In this document: positions 1 through 13,712 of the stretch, in pieces
Layout of the letters: every line of letters starts with the position of its first letter
Position numbering within the stretch: the stretch's first letter is position 1
Source of the DNA: Octopus vulgaris
Taxonomy: Eukaryota
DNA length: 64,000 bases
Direction: 5' to 3'
Assembly (NCBI GenBank): GCA_951406725.2
Contig: OX597835.1
Coordinates: forward strand, 35,712,001 to 35,776,000
Notes under the pieces: model-generated
What the model saw: the letters and a program-made list of their open reading frames with translations, nothing else
Database searches by the model: none
What the model was told of the DNA's origin: nothing
Made by a program: the position numbers and the translations under genes

Positions 1-398
1 GTTTGGGCGGATTTGAGTTGGAATATGCGCACCGTTGTCGTGTTTGGTGACAGCTTCTCCTTCACGACAAATATGTATTACGACGTACTCGAGTTATTCG
101 TTCAAGAGATCTGGGACACCCGTTGTTTCGACATCGTCCTTACTAGTCAGCCTGTTGTACCATCGGCACTAACGTATCTTACAAGCATTTGTGGCTGTTT
201 GCTGATTGGTGCTGGTATCTGCCAACCGATAATAATTCCTCGGAACAACAACTGTCACTTGTAGTTGTACTTATACATTCGCCGTAGAGAATAAGTGTTT
301 TTCCTGTGACGAAGCAAAGCGGCGATTAGCACATTCACATTTGAATATGTCGAAACGTATTCAGAATATACAAGGCATAGAAAAATAAAATTAGATCT

Positions 399-1140
399 AC
401 AGGGGTTGGACAAAATAATGGTAACGCCTTAAAATTTCAAACAAATTTATTTTAATAAGGAGTAGGACCGCCTTAGGCAGTAATTACAGCTTCAATTCTA
501 CAAGGTATGGTCTCGTAAAAGTTTGAATTGTTTCAATTTTTATCAATTCTTCAGATAAAACAGTCTCCAGTTCTTGTAGTGATGATGCTGGAGGATATCG
601 ACTCCTTACTTATTTTTCTAAAATGTACCATAAATGTTCAATGATATTGAGATGTGAGGACAGATAAGATGTTCAACTTCACCAGAATGTTCCTCGTGCC
701 ATTCAGTAACAACCTTAGCTGTGCGAATTGGTGCATTATCATCCTGAAAGATTGCGTTCCCCTCCAGAAACAGTTCCGCAGCCATAGGATGCGCTTGATG
801 AGATAAAATGCTTAAATAGTCTTGACTATTAATTCTGCAATGAAGGAAAACCATTGGGTCGGCGGATTTCCAAGATATAGCCCCCGCCACCCAAACCATA
901 ACAGTTGGATGAAGGCGGTCTGGGTCAAATGCTTCTTTTGGCTGTCTCCACAGATATACTCGGCCGGTGGTCGGAAATAAGGTAAAGAATGATTCGTCCG
1001 AAAAAATAACATTCTTCCACTGCTCTAGGAACCAATTCTGGAGGTTTTTAATCCACTCTAAACGCTTTGCAACATTTGTTTTTTGGAAATAGTGTTTTTC
1101 TGATTGCAGATCTCCCGTGAAATCCGACTTTGCAGGCCAT
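399..1140 (-). mobile_element. Tc1-family DNA transposon, 3' part (degenerate transposase + right TIR)
   Basis: Minus-strand frames give QWKNVIFSDES..GRVYLWRQPKE, FQDDNAPIRTAKVVTEW and the C-terminal YETIPCRIEAVITA*GGPTPY*. TA followed by a CAGGGGTTGGACAAAATAATGG terminus at about 398. Frameshifts and stops present. Confidence 0.9.
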
Positions 1141-1494
1141 CACTACTGTAGTGGTGTTGCCAGGTAGAAAGTGATAACTGTGATCGACAGTTTCACTTCG
1201 AAAATGACATTCCACCACAGAATCTTGAAGGCCGACCGCTAAAGTCGAATTGTAGAGGACACTTTGAGAATTCTGTTCCTTAGATTAGAAATGAACTCTA
1301 TATTTGAGTTGAAATAAATTTTCATTCTCTCATAATTTTCAGCCATGGAGCGAGTAACAAAATATCAGACCAGACCTCCAAGGAATGGACGACTTAACAA
1401 GATAAAGCAATAAAATTTACAAATAAAACCTTCTGGACAAACAAAACGAAATATAATTTTATTGAGTTTCTCGCACATAATCAGACACCTCGGA

Positions 1495-1720
1495 GGATGA
1501 AGAAGAAGAAGAAGGAGGAGGGGGAGGAGGGGGAGAAGAAGAAGAAGGAGGAGGAGGAGAAGAAAAAAGGAAAGAAGGAGAAAGCAAATGAGTAGAAAAA
1601 GGATGTGGAGGAAAAAGAAGAAAACGGTGGATGATAAGAAGAGAAAATAATTAGAAAAATAAAATTAAGAAGGATGAAGAGAAAGCGAAATCGTTGAAGG
1701 AAGAGGAAGAAGAACAAAAG
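1495..1720. repeat. Purine-rich (GAA/GGA)n low-complexity tract
   Basis: Direct reading. Confidence 0.9.
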
Positions 1721-1849
1721 GATATCACACCAAGATTCAGACATGTTGATAACGACGATCATGATCATGATGATTATGATGAATTTCATGTAATTTAAAA
1801 TTAAGATGCGTTTGAGTATCCATATATCAATACATAATGCGTAGGCACA

Positions 1850-2027
1850 CGCGCACACATACTTGCATACATACATACATACATACATACATACATGCAT
1901 ACATGCATACATACATACATACATACATATATATATATATATCCGCCACAAGTGCATAGACACGTGTATCTATAGAGGCATAAGTTAGCATAAACTTATA
2001 AATGTGTATGTATATGTGTGTATATAG

Positions 2028-2068
<41 letters not shown>

Positions 2069-2069
2069 G

Positions 2070-2120
<51 letters not shown>

Positions 2121-2209
2121 CATGAACACACACATATATATATATACATACATACACACATATATGAATGAGGGTGCATATATTTATATGTAGAATGTGC
2201 GTGCATGTC

Positions 2210-2274
<65 letters not shown>

Positions 2275-2850
2275 GCACATGTGCATGTGTGTGTATGGCT
2301 GTATATATATATTGGTGTATGTGTGAGTGATTGCACGCATATACGGTTATTTGTATACATTCATACATCTGAGCGTTTATTTGTTTGCGTATGTGCGTGT
2401 GTGTGTGTTACAGAATATTCGTTTCGCTGTCTGTTCTATTGATGCCTTTTTCTGATCTGATGGTAAGGATTGCCCTTGTCAGTGTTTTCCACTTGCTCAA
2501 CCTGAATTCTTTTCACCAAAAGACGTCGGGCAAAGGAAACCAACATTGACAGCATGCTATCGATGCCGGCACGCAATAGAGACGTGAAGCGTATTCCCCC
2601 GGAGTTTGTTGCCGAAATAATACATAAAAACAGCAAACATCGCTAGAGCGCCACAGGTGATGGCCCATCATGGAGATGTTGGCAATATTTACTTTGGCGT
2701 TTAATTTTCGAGACAATTAATTGACGTATCATTCTTCGTCGTTTCCATTCATTCTAAGCGCTGCCATTTGTGTCTAGTTTCACTTTCGTTTTACATTTGC
2801 ATGTTACTGAGTTTGATTTTCGTTCCTGTCTTCTTCTTTATTCATTCTTT

Positions 2851-2898
<48 letters not shown>

Positions 2899-3284
2899 TT
2901 TCTCTCTCTCCATGTCTCATTGCTTTAGTACCAATTAGTCTTCAACAGTGCATCGTCGTTTTTTTTTGCAATTAAACATGCCTAAGCGTACACACGCATA
3001 CATACAGGAATTCGATATATATATATATGTATATATATGTGTGAGTGTGTGTGTGTCTGTGTGTGTGTGTGGGGGGGTATAAATGCACATAATACAAACA
3101 TGGGCTATTGTATCTATGTGTATATATATATATGTAAATTATCCTATGATTCTGTATAAATTTATTTGTATGCATACGCGTTACATATATATATGAGCGT
3201 ATGTATGCACGCAAATATATATATGTATATACACATGCGCACATACATACATGCACACCACACACGCACACACACACACACGCA

Positions 3285-3334
<50 letters not shown>

Positions 3335-3423
3335 TATAGTGTTGTATACATGAATGTATATACATATTCATTGAAATATATATATTATATATGTTGATAT
3401 AAGCATGTATAAATGTGTGCATG

Positions 3424-3467
<44 letters not shown>

Positions 3468-3784
3468 ATATATATATATATGTATGTATGTATGTATGTA
3501 TGCATTTTAGATATATGATATTGTGTACACGTATACATACATAGATAATATATAAGTATACACATTTATGTGTATTTGCAGATAAATACACACATGCATA
3601 CGTACATTCATACATAATACATAGAGACCCAGACACACTCGCACATTTAAACATAGATATATATGTGTGTTTCTGTAAGTGTGGGTGTATATATGCATGT
3701 ATATAAATACTTGAGTGATTCTGAATATGAACGGCATTGAAATACGTTTGTGTACACACACACACACGCATGCATACACATATA

Positions 3785-3841
<57 letters not shown>

Positions 3842-3850
3842 GGTTTTTTT
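1850..3850. repeat. Compound (TACA)n/(TA)n/(CA)n/(CT)n microsatellite fields interrupted by unique sequence at about 2410-2850
   Basis: Direct reading. Confidence 0.9.
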
Positions 3851-4134
3851 TTTATATGAGATGCGTGTAGGGGTTGTCTATATACATATATAAGCAATTT
3901 ACTTGCAGGAGTATCACAATTCCCGCTAAAGTTCTGTATCGTCAAACAATGGTATATGTTATTGTGACCTAATATCTTTCCTATGACTCAGTGCAGCATC
4001 AGTAACAACAACAACAACAACACCAAACCAAAATAACACCACCACCACCAACAACAACAACAGAGTCAAAAGCAGACACCGCAAGAACAGTAATAACAAC
4101 TACTCTTCTGGCTTGAACAATGATAATAATGAAA

Positions 4135-4355
4135 ATAATCCTTTCTTCTTGAGATGCAAGACCTGGAATTTTAGTGGAGGTGGGTAGTCGAGTATATCCA
4201 CCCCAGTGTTTAGTTGGTACTTATTGCTTTGACAATGAAATGATGAAGGACAAAATCGATCTTGGCGGAAATTGAACTCAGAACGTAAAGACGGACGAAA
4301 TTCCGCTAAGCATTTTGTCTGGTATGCTAACACTTCCGCTAGCTTGTACCCTTAA
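4135..4355 (-). mobile_element. tRNA-derived SINE family C (diverged copy)
   Basis: Reverse complement resembles 25401-25632 (GGCGAGCTGGCAGAA head, GAGTTCAAATTCC B-box). Confidence 0.75.
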
Positions 4356-4459
4356 CAATAAAAACTATAATTCTTTCTAGAATAGCGAAAAGGTTTCAAA
4401 TGTTTGTTCTGGATGGGTGGTGGGGGCGGGGATGAGGTTAGTCTATTATATCGACGCCA

Positions 4460-4740
4460 AAATGCTATCCAAGAGAACGGTTCTGATGCTCCTTCAGATT
4501 ATAACATTTGTTAGTCGTTCTTCCGGAGTCTGCAAGACGTTTCGTTCAACAACGACATGGAGCTGAAAATGTTAGTTTAGGATTCGATGAATTCTTGGGA
4601 TCAAGATCTGGTAATTTCTATCGTCAAGCCATTGACAAACTAGTGGAACGTTGGCAAGAAGGCGTGAACAAAGAAAAAATATATATAATTGAATGATATA
4701 TAAAAATCGTTGATGAAAAATATGGATTATCATAAATGGA
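4460..4740 (+). mobile_element. mariner transposase C-terminal remnant
   Basis: FYRQAIDKLVERWQEGVNKEKIYIIE*; similar to the C-terminus of the 59.6 kb copy. Confidence 0.75.
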
Positions 4741-4742
4741 AA

Positions 4743-5139
4743 TCTTTATATATAAAAGAGGGGTTGTGTGCTGTCTGTCTCCTACGATTTATATTCCTAA
4801 CTACTCCCACATTTTGTGGTGCAGTTTAACCAAAACCGGTTATCTTATAGTCGTGATTCATATCGAGCCCTTCTGGGTATTAGCGCGCGTCTACGATGAG
4901 TCTACGATTTAAAAAAGAATTTACCATCATATTTTTCCCATTTATAATGCATTTTTGGCATATATAAGGGAAGTAACTCTTTAAAAATTTATTATTAAAT
5001 CTCAGAACGTAAAAAGCTACAGTAACCCCCCCCCCTTGTGGTTAGCCATATTGAGATGGCTATTATACTTTACATCTCTAAAAATGCTTATATAGTTATT
5101 TCCCTTACAAACCCGAGCAACACCGGGCGATACTGCTAG
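4743..5139 (+). mobile_element. Non-autonomous Helitron
   Basis: Starts TC after A (4742) and ends CTAG before T (5140). Subterminal hairpin CCCGAGCAACACCGGG at 5112-5127. No TSD. Confidence 0.85.
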
Positions 5140-5311
5140 TATAGAATAAATGAGTTTATCTTACAACCTGATATATCTTTATTAACTTATAATTAACGCT
5201 ATCTTTTAAAATATGGCGGAAAATATTGAATCATGCAATGTGCTGGGATAAAGCTGTGGTTGTCACAAGTGGATTGCATATGATCGCAGGTCTGCCACAT
5301 CAGTGCTCTGC

Positions 5312-5565
5312 GGAAGCGCGTGGCTTAGCGGTTAAGGTGTTGGACTCATGATCGTAAGATTGCAGTTTCAATAACTGGACCGGGCGACGCATTGTGCTCT
5401 TGAGCAAAACACTTCATTTCACGTTGCACCTGTCCACTCAGCTGGCACAAATGAGTAATCTGGCAACGAACTAGCGTCCCGTCCAGGTGGGGAAATACAT
5501 ACGCCATGGGAACCGGGAAACCAACCCTTATGTGTTGGTATGACTCGAGAAAGCAACCTTTACCG
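5312..5565 (+). mobile_element. tRNA-derived SINE family D (Meta/V-like central domain)
   Basis: A-box TGGCTTAGCGG, degenerate B-box, CTAGCGTCCCGTCCAGG...GAAACC segment. Related copy at 17320-17560 (-). Confidence 0.7.
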
Positions 5566-6032
5566 TTTTTATTAATACTTTACATCAGTGCGGTTCTCCT
5601 AAAATTAAATAACAACAATATTGTCTTATTGACAATATGCCAAGATAAAGTTGTGGCGGTCACTGGGAGAGTATGTTTGATCCCAGCTTTGCTAGATCAT
5701 TGCTATCGTGAAGAGCTAAAGAACTGCAAAAACTAGGCAAGGATGGGGTAATTCTAACTGCTCCGCTATTTGCAAGAAATCTACGTCGAATCATATCCCA
5801 CACAGGGATATATTTTTATACAGGAATATCACTGTCCTTGCAACACGATTTAAAGAAAAACAGAAACAAAAACAACAATAGCAAGAACAAAAGCAGCAGC
5901 AACAGTGGAGGTGCAATGGCCCAGTGGTATCGAGGGGTGACCTGCTTTCTTTTCTGCGGGTCTTACGAATAGCAAAGGACCATGTTTCGGACTTCTCCCA
6001 TCTTGCGAGCTCTGGGACGAAGACCGTTCGCT

Positions 6033-6067
<35 letters not shown>

Positions 6068-6174
6068 GAAACAACAACATCAGTAGCAGCAGCTGCAGCA
6101 ACACCAGTAACAATCATAATCCTTTCTACGATGGTGTTACTTTGAAGGCATGCACTGCTCTCTCACTCAATAAT

Positions 6175-6230
<56 letters not shown>

Positions 6231-6261
6231 TAATAATAATAAAATAATAATAATAATAATA

Positions 6262-6298
<37 letters not shown>

Positions 6299-6466
6299 TA
6301 GTAATAATAATAATAATAATAATAATTATAAAAATAGTAATAATAATAATAATAATAAAAATAGTAATAATAATAATAATAATAATAATTATAAAAATAG
6401 TAATAATAATAAAAATAGTAATAATAATAATAATAATAATATTAATAATAATAATAATAATAATAA

Positions 6467-6502
<36 letters not shown>

Positions 6503-6536
6503 TATAAAAATAGTAATAATAATAATAATAATAAAA

Positions 6537-6567
<31 letters not shown>

Positions 6568-6645
6568 TTATAAAAATAGTAATAATAATAAAAATAGTAA
6601 TAATAATAATAATAATAATATTAATAATAATAATAATAATAATAA

Positions 6646-6682
<37 letters not shown>

Positions 6683-7272
6683 GCAGTACCAGGCATGCCC
6701 TGATGCAGTACCAGGCTTGCCCTGATGCAGTACCAGGCAGTGGCTCTCATGGCTTCTGATCTTAACTGATTAGTAGTGTTATCATGTACATTGTTTTGTC
6801 TTGGTATAAAAGATGGGCTACAGCAAATATTCTGCTCAATACCACAGATTTGCTTGTCAGTTGTTTGACCTTAACCAGTTGAGCATGTCCCTTAGTGGCT
6901 GACGATATGTGCATCTCTGATCACGAGCAGAAGTAGTGGGGGAGCATCATAGCCATGTGTTGAGAGGGATTGTTTGGGGTTTGAATAGTTCACCTCTGGA
7001 AACATGGGTGGTTCTTTCAACATCCTTAAACAACCCTTATTCAGGGACCGTTTGAGCGGGATGGGCTACTCAACCTGAAGAAAATTCTAACTGGGCCCCA
7101 CCTGCAAGGTCATGTGCTGTTTATCTTGATATGAGATCACCATGTCGCGCACATATGGTTGTGATGCATGTGCCTGGTGTACCTTTATCAGACGGGTAGT
7201 CATGATGGGTATATTGGGCTTCGTATATTTTACCCCAGTGTCACTTTGATGGCATGAACTGCTCTCTCACTC
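6683..7272 (+). mobile_element. About 555-bp non-coding (AAT)n-associated retroelement, family A copy 1
   Basis: Highly similar to 7396-7949, 8501-8811 and 43572-44112 (rc). Ends CTCTCTCACTC+(AAT)n. The 5' 22-mer is reiterated. Confidence 0.85.
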
Positions 7273-7282
7273 AATAATAATA

Positions 7283-7328
<46 letters not shown>

Positions 7329-7395
7329 TAGTAATAATATTAATAACAATAATAATAATAATAATAATAATATTAATAATAATAATAATAATAAA

Positions 7396-7949
7396 TGCCC
7401 TGATGCAGTACCAGACAGTGGCTCTCATGGCTTCTGATCTTAACTGATTGGAAGTGTTATCATGTACATTGTTTTGTCTTGGTATAAAAGATGGGCTACA
7501 GCAAATACTCTGCTCAATACCACAGATTTGCTTGTCAGTTGTTGGACCGTAACCAGTTGAGCATGTCCCTTAGTGGCTGACAATACGTGCATCTATGATC
7601 ACGAGCAGAAGTAGTGGGGGAGCATCATAGCCATGTGTTGAGAGGGATTTTTGGAGTTTGAATAATTCACCCCTGGAAACATAGGTGTTTCGTTCAACAT
7701 CCTAAAGCAACCCTTATTCAGGGACCTTTTGAGCAGAATGGGCTACTCGACCTGAAGAAAATTCTAACTGGGCCCCACCTGCAAGGTCATGTGCTGTTTA
7801 TCTTGATATGAGATCACAATGTCGGGCTCATATGGTTGTGATGCATGTGCCCGGTGTACCCTTATCAGACGGGTAGTCATGATGGGTATGCTGGGCTTCG
7901 TATATTTTACCCCAGTGTCACTTTGATGGCTTGCACTGCTCTCTCACTC
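7396..7949 (+). mobile_element. Family A copy 2
   Basis: Starts TGCCCTGATGCAGTACC and ends CTCTCTCACTC+(AAT)n. Confidence 0.85.
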
Positions 7950-7990
<41 letters not shown>

Positions 7991-8019
7991 TAGTAATAAT
8001 AATAATAAAAATAATAAAT

Positions 8020-8050
<31 letters not shown>

Positions 8051-8082
8051 AAATAGTAATAATAATAATAAAAATAATAAAT

Positions 8083-8177
<95 letters not shown>

Positions 8178-8178
8178 C

Positions 8179-8222
<44 letters not shown>

Positions 8223-8305
8223 TAGTAATAATAATAATAATAATAATAGTAATAATAAAAACAGTAATAATAATAATAATAACAAAACTAGTAATAATAA
8301 TAATA

Positions 8306-8336
<31 letters not shown>

Positions 8337-8394
8337 AAATAGTAATGATATTAATAATAATAATAAAAATAAAAATAAATATAATAATAATAAC

Positions 8395-8811
<417 letters not shown>

Positions 8812-8867
8812 AATAATAATAATAATAATAATAATAATGATAATAATAATAATAATAATAATAATAA

Positions 8868-9092
<225 letters not shown>

Positions 9093-9342
9093 TGTAGTAA
9101 TTATAATAATATTAAAAATAATATTAATAATAATAATAATAATGGTTTCAAATTTTGGCACAAGGCCAGCAATTTCAATAACTGTGTTCAACTGATGTTT
9201 ATTTCATCGATTACAAACGGATGAAAAGCAAAGTCGATCCTCGCGCCATCTGAAATTCCGCTAAGTATTTACTCCGATGCGAAAAGATTCTGCAAAAGAA
9301 AAAGAAGGGGAAAAAAGAGATAATAAAATAATAATAATTATT

Positions 9343-9544
9343 ATTTCTACTAAAGGCACAACGCCTGAAATTTGGTGGTAGAGGACTAGACGAGTCCATT
9401 GTTCCACTGACAGTTAATTTATCGACCCCGAAGGGATGAAAGGCAAGGTCGATCCTGGCGGGATTTGAATTCAGAACGTAAAGACGGACGAAATACCGCT
9501 AAACATTTCACCCGGTGTGCTAACGATTCTGCCAGCTCGCCGCT

Positions 9545-9545
<1 letters not shown>
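9343..9545 (-). mobile_element. SINE family C
   Basis: rc head GCGGCGAGCTGGCAGAATCGTTAGCAC plus B-box; flanked by (AAT)n. A partial copy lies at about 9140-9295. Confidence 0.85.
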
Positions 9546-9634
<89 letters not shown>

Positions 9635-9691
9635 GTAATAATAATAATAATAATAATAATAATGATGATAATAATAATAATAATAATAATG

Positions 9692-9727
<36 letters not shown>

Positions 9728-9939
9728 TTTTCTACTAGAGGCAAAAGGCCTGTAATTCGAGGGGGGGGGCTGTCGATTAGTTCGACCCAAGTAAGCAACT
9801 GGTACTTTATTTATGGACCCCGAAAGGATGAAAGACAAATTCAACCTCGGCGGAATTTGAACCCAGAATGTAAAGACAGACGAAATACCGCTAAGCATTT
9901 CGTTTCAGCGTGCTAACGATTCTGCCCGCTCGCCGCCTT
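9728..9939 (-). mobile_element. SINE family C
   Basis: Same head and body as 9343-9545. Confidence 0.85.
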
Positions 9940-9976
9940 AATAAAAATAATGATAATAATGATAAGGATAATAATA

Positions 9977-10035
<59 letters not shown>

Positions 10036-10036
10036 G

Positions 10037-10115
<79 letters not shown>

Positions 10116-10257
10116 TAATAATTATAATTATTATTATAATTATAATTATAATAATAATAATTATTATTATAATAATAATAGTAATATTAATAATAATAAT
10201 AATAATAACAACAACAACAACAACAACAACAATAACAATAATAATAATAATAATAAT

Positions 10258-10438
10258 CTTTTCTACTACAGGCAAAAGGCCTGTAATTTGAGGGGGGGCT
10301 GTCGATTAGTTCGACCCAAGTACGAAACTGGTACTTTATTTACCGACCGGCGAAATTTGAACTCAGAATGTAAAGACAGACGAAATACCGCTAAGCATTT
10401 CGTCCAGCGTGCTAACGATTCTGCCAGCTCGCCGCCTA
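10258..10438 (-). mobile_element. SINE family C with internal deletion
   Basis: Very similar to 9728-9939 but missing about 25 bp. Confidence 0.85.
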
Positions 10439-10483
<45 letters not shown>

Positions 10484-11393
10484 TGTTCCAAACTTTTGCT
10501 CAACGCCAGCAATCTCAGGAGCAGTGGGCCAGCACAGGAGTAGTACTTTACACTATCGACCCTAATACAATAAAGGGCCAAGTGTACCTCGGCTGTTGAG
10601 CATAGACACGGTTTATGATGGCTCAACTAAGGTCTAATCAACAACTAGTCAACATCTCTCATGAAAGAGCTAAATCTCTTTCAAATCAAATCACGGTTTC
10701 TTCAATACGGAAAGATTTATGGGACAGCATAGTCCCTGAAATACATAGCGGCTGGATGGCCACGGGTGAGAAGTCTTTGGTCAAAGGTCTCTATTTAATA
10801 TGAGCTCATGACCAATGAGGAGGAGGAGGCAAACAACAGCAATGACAATAAAACCAAGAATAATTGCAGGATTTTTAAAAGAAGAAAATAAAAGCCAGCA
10901 GGCCATTAGATTTACGTGAACACATCTGTATCGCCGGTCATGACAGATGTAATATTACGACGACAGATGACGGTAATGACAGCTTTAATAACTGTAGTAA
11001 CCACAGCAGCTGCATCTGTGGTTACAGAGATCGTAGTAACAGGAGAGGCAAAAAATAACGATCATACCTAACAGTTGAAAGACCAACACCAGTAATAAAC
11101 ACAGCGATATTAAAGTAGCGAATAAGCGAGACGACCTCAGTGACAGAGGTCCTTAATGCCCTGCTTACTTGGTGATAGACTGGAGTTCAAACGATAAAAA
11201 TTTACTGGTGCTTTTTCTCTTGGAAAGCTAATTATTTTAGTAATTAAAGAAAGTTAATTACTGGAGTATTTCGCATGAAAATTTTAAATGAAAAATTATT
11301 TTGACTGAATTTCTGACATGAAGGTTTGTCACCCGTACAAACCAATATATTTATTATATTTATCATTATACACTTACATATACACTAATATAT

Positions 11394-11474
<81 letters not shown>

Positions 11475-11477
11475 AAA

Positions 11478-11722
11478 GAGTAAAATTAATTAATTAATTA
11501 ATAATTAATAATTCCACCAAGTAGTGATTCGATATGTAAAAGACCATTATCGGTAAACTTAAACAATATTTATTATAATAACGGTTAGGCAAAAGAATTT
11601 GCTTCACCACACACAGAACTTTAGAAATAGCAGCCAAAGAATCTAGCTATTTCTTCTACTGAAATAAACAACTCCCAGACACAGAAGAAGAAATAGCTAG
11701 ATTCTTTGGCTGCTATTTCTAT
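11478..11722 (-). mobile_element. 3' part of the HHR element family seen at 21.6-22.2 kb, with a short inverted copy
   Basis: rc matches 21960-22170. TAGAAATAGCAGCCAAAGAATCTAGCTATTTCTTCT is repeated inverted at about 11685-11722. Adjacent to (TA)n. Confidence 0.7.
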
Positions 11723-11809
11723 ACATGGCCACAGCTCGTGAGCTGAAACTAGATAAATTATAATATATATATATACTCAAAATAAGCAACAAGAATAACT
11801 TCGGTAATT

Positions 11810-11893
11810 TGGTACGATCGTTTCACGCTACTTCATTTTATTAAATATTGTAAGTATTACAACAGTTTTCAAATGCTGAGCAATCATCAGCCA
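11810..11893 (-). ncRNA. Type I hammerhead ribozyme, extended stem II
   Basis: rc: TGG-CTGATGA-tTGCT...AGCGt-GAAAC-GATC-GTA-CCA. Confidence 0.7.
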
Positions 11894-11970
11894 TTAATAG
11901 AGGTTTTCCATTAATACATAATGTATTATGTATTTATGGAAATCATGTATTAATGGAAAACCTCTATTAA

Positions 11971-12054
11971 TGGCTGATGATTGCTCAGCATTTTAAAACT
12001 GTTGTAATACTTACAACATTTAATAAAATGATGTAGCGTGAAACGATCGTTCCA
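11971..12054 (+). ncRNA. Type I hammerhead ribozyme, extended stem II
   Basis: TGG-CTGATGA(11974)...GAAAC(12040)-GATC-GTT-CCA; inner hairpin TGTTGTAA/TTACAACA. Confidence 0.7.
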
Positions 12055-12954
12055 AATTACCGAAGATATTCTTGTTGCTTAATTTGATTATAATCATCCC
12101 ATGGATTTATATGGATAACACCATACAAAATTCTGGTGCATCTAACTTAAGTACCATATTCATCTGAATCTAAATTTTGCTGAACTTATATATAATACTA
12201 TGCATTACTATATACACTAATGCATTTATCATTATACTGTAATACATTCATTGGTCTAGAAGATACACACTAATCGTTGTTTACTATACGTTAATACACA
12301 CTAATCTATTTATTAACATGCACAAAGCGTGACTGCGTGGTAAGAAGCTTGCTTCGTAACCACATGCTTCCGGGTTCGGTCCCATTGCGAAGCACCTTGT
12401 CCAAGTGTCTTGGTCAAGCGATGGGAGACAAACACAGACGCAAAGACACACGCACTCTTACACACGCACATACACATGAGCACTGACACACACAGACACA
12501 TGCATACACGCACGAGAACACACGCACATATAGCAAACTGCGTATCATACTTAACGCAGACACATTATGGAAAACTCAAATAACTACGATAGTCGTGCTG
12601 AGATATCGTTTTCAGACGTATAATTGTGAATAACACGAATATATATTAGTAGCAGATGAAATCGGATGTTTGCCTATTTGCGATTCGTCAGTAGCCTGTA
12701 TCCACGAGCAATCATATGCCAAGACAAATTACCTCGTTTCTGATATAGTGAAATAATGATTGGCAAATCACAGGTGTTGCAGTTAAACGGACAGCTGAAT
12801 AAAAATTCGTCAGAAAAATTATTAGTTTAAAATAGCACCATGTATGTCATACATAAAGCAGATACATTATGTAAAGTTAGATCAAATGCGGTAATCATTC
12901 TGAGATTGTGTGTCTGATACACACGCAGTTTTAAAAAGAACTGAAAAATATTTT

Positions 12955-13425
12955 CAATTCAATTCAATTCAATTTTTATTGGCTCAAAAAGCAAAAGCAA
13001 GGCCATGTAGGGAGACAGGGAGTTATGTACAAGGAGGGTGGTCATACAAAGAGTTTAGGCCATTTCTGGTCAAGAAAAACTTTGAACCGAGCGGCATCTT
13101 CACTATCTCGCCCGGCAGCTTATTCCACGGATCCGCAAGCCGGACGGAGAAAGCCCCTCTCCTTCAATTGAGCTGAAATCGTCGTTGATAGAGCTTTTCG
13201 GAGTGATCCCGCAGCCAACGCTCTGGAGCAGGAGTGAAGAACAGCTCTTTCGAGAGGTTACACTTTCCGCTTATGATGTTGTGAGCAAGGATGAGATCAC
13301 CACGGCGTCGTCGTTTTTCGAGAGAATAATGGTCGTGCGTCTTCAGCCTTTCTTCATAAGACAAATGCTTGAGACCAAGAACCATGCGGGTAGCCAGCTT
13401 CTGGACACTTTCGAGATGATGTATA
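12955..13425 (-). mobile_element. CR1-clade LINE 3' end
   Basis: LESVQKLATRMVLGLKHLSYEERLK..SLEKRRRRGDLI...FSVRLADPWNKLP, then AATAAA and an (ATTGA)n tail. Confidence 0.9.
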
Positions 13426-13712
13426 AATAGGTCAGTAACAGGCGAGAATTGCTATTGACGAAGCTCAGGAGGGAAAAATATGCATCTAGGAATACCACCA
13501 TCACCGCTGGAAAATTTTCGTATGCGACTGATATATTTTGATGGATAATCTATTCAGTTATTCTGTCTTCAAAAGTAACAGATAAAACACATTCAAATCG
13601 ATGTAAAAACTTACAAAAGTAGGATAGATAAAATAATATGGTCATTGGTACACACTGAGTTGGAAAATGTCAGTTTAGGCTGGAGCGTCAGCGTTAAATT
13701 ATCTTGGAGTAT

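Larger units (their letters stand above)
11776..12190. mobile_element. Foldback non-autonomous Penelope-type element with one hammerhead per arm
   Basis: Inverted arms at about 11776-11920 and 11945-12088; (TA)n on the left. Confidence 0.8.

Noticed and set aside
13-264. 83-aa ORF at the window start
   Set aside because: Non-ATG start and no recognisable motif; may belong to an element extending beyond the window.
11622-11640. TAGAAATAGC resembling the Cas9 sgRNA scaffold loop
   Set aside because: Short coincidental match inside a eukaryotic repeat motif.
12540-12930. About 300-bp diverged local duplication with a CTGACGA-like hairpin
   Set aside because: No GAAA half and too decayed to classify.
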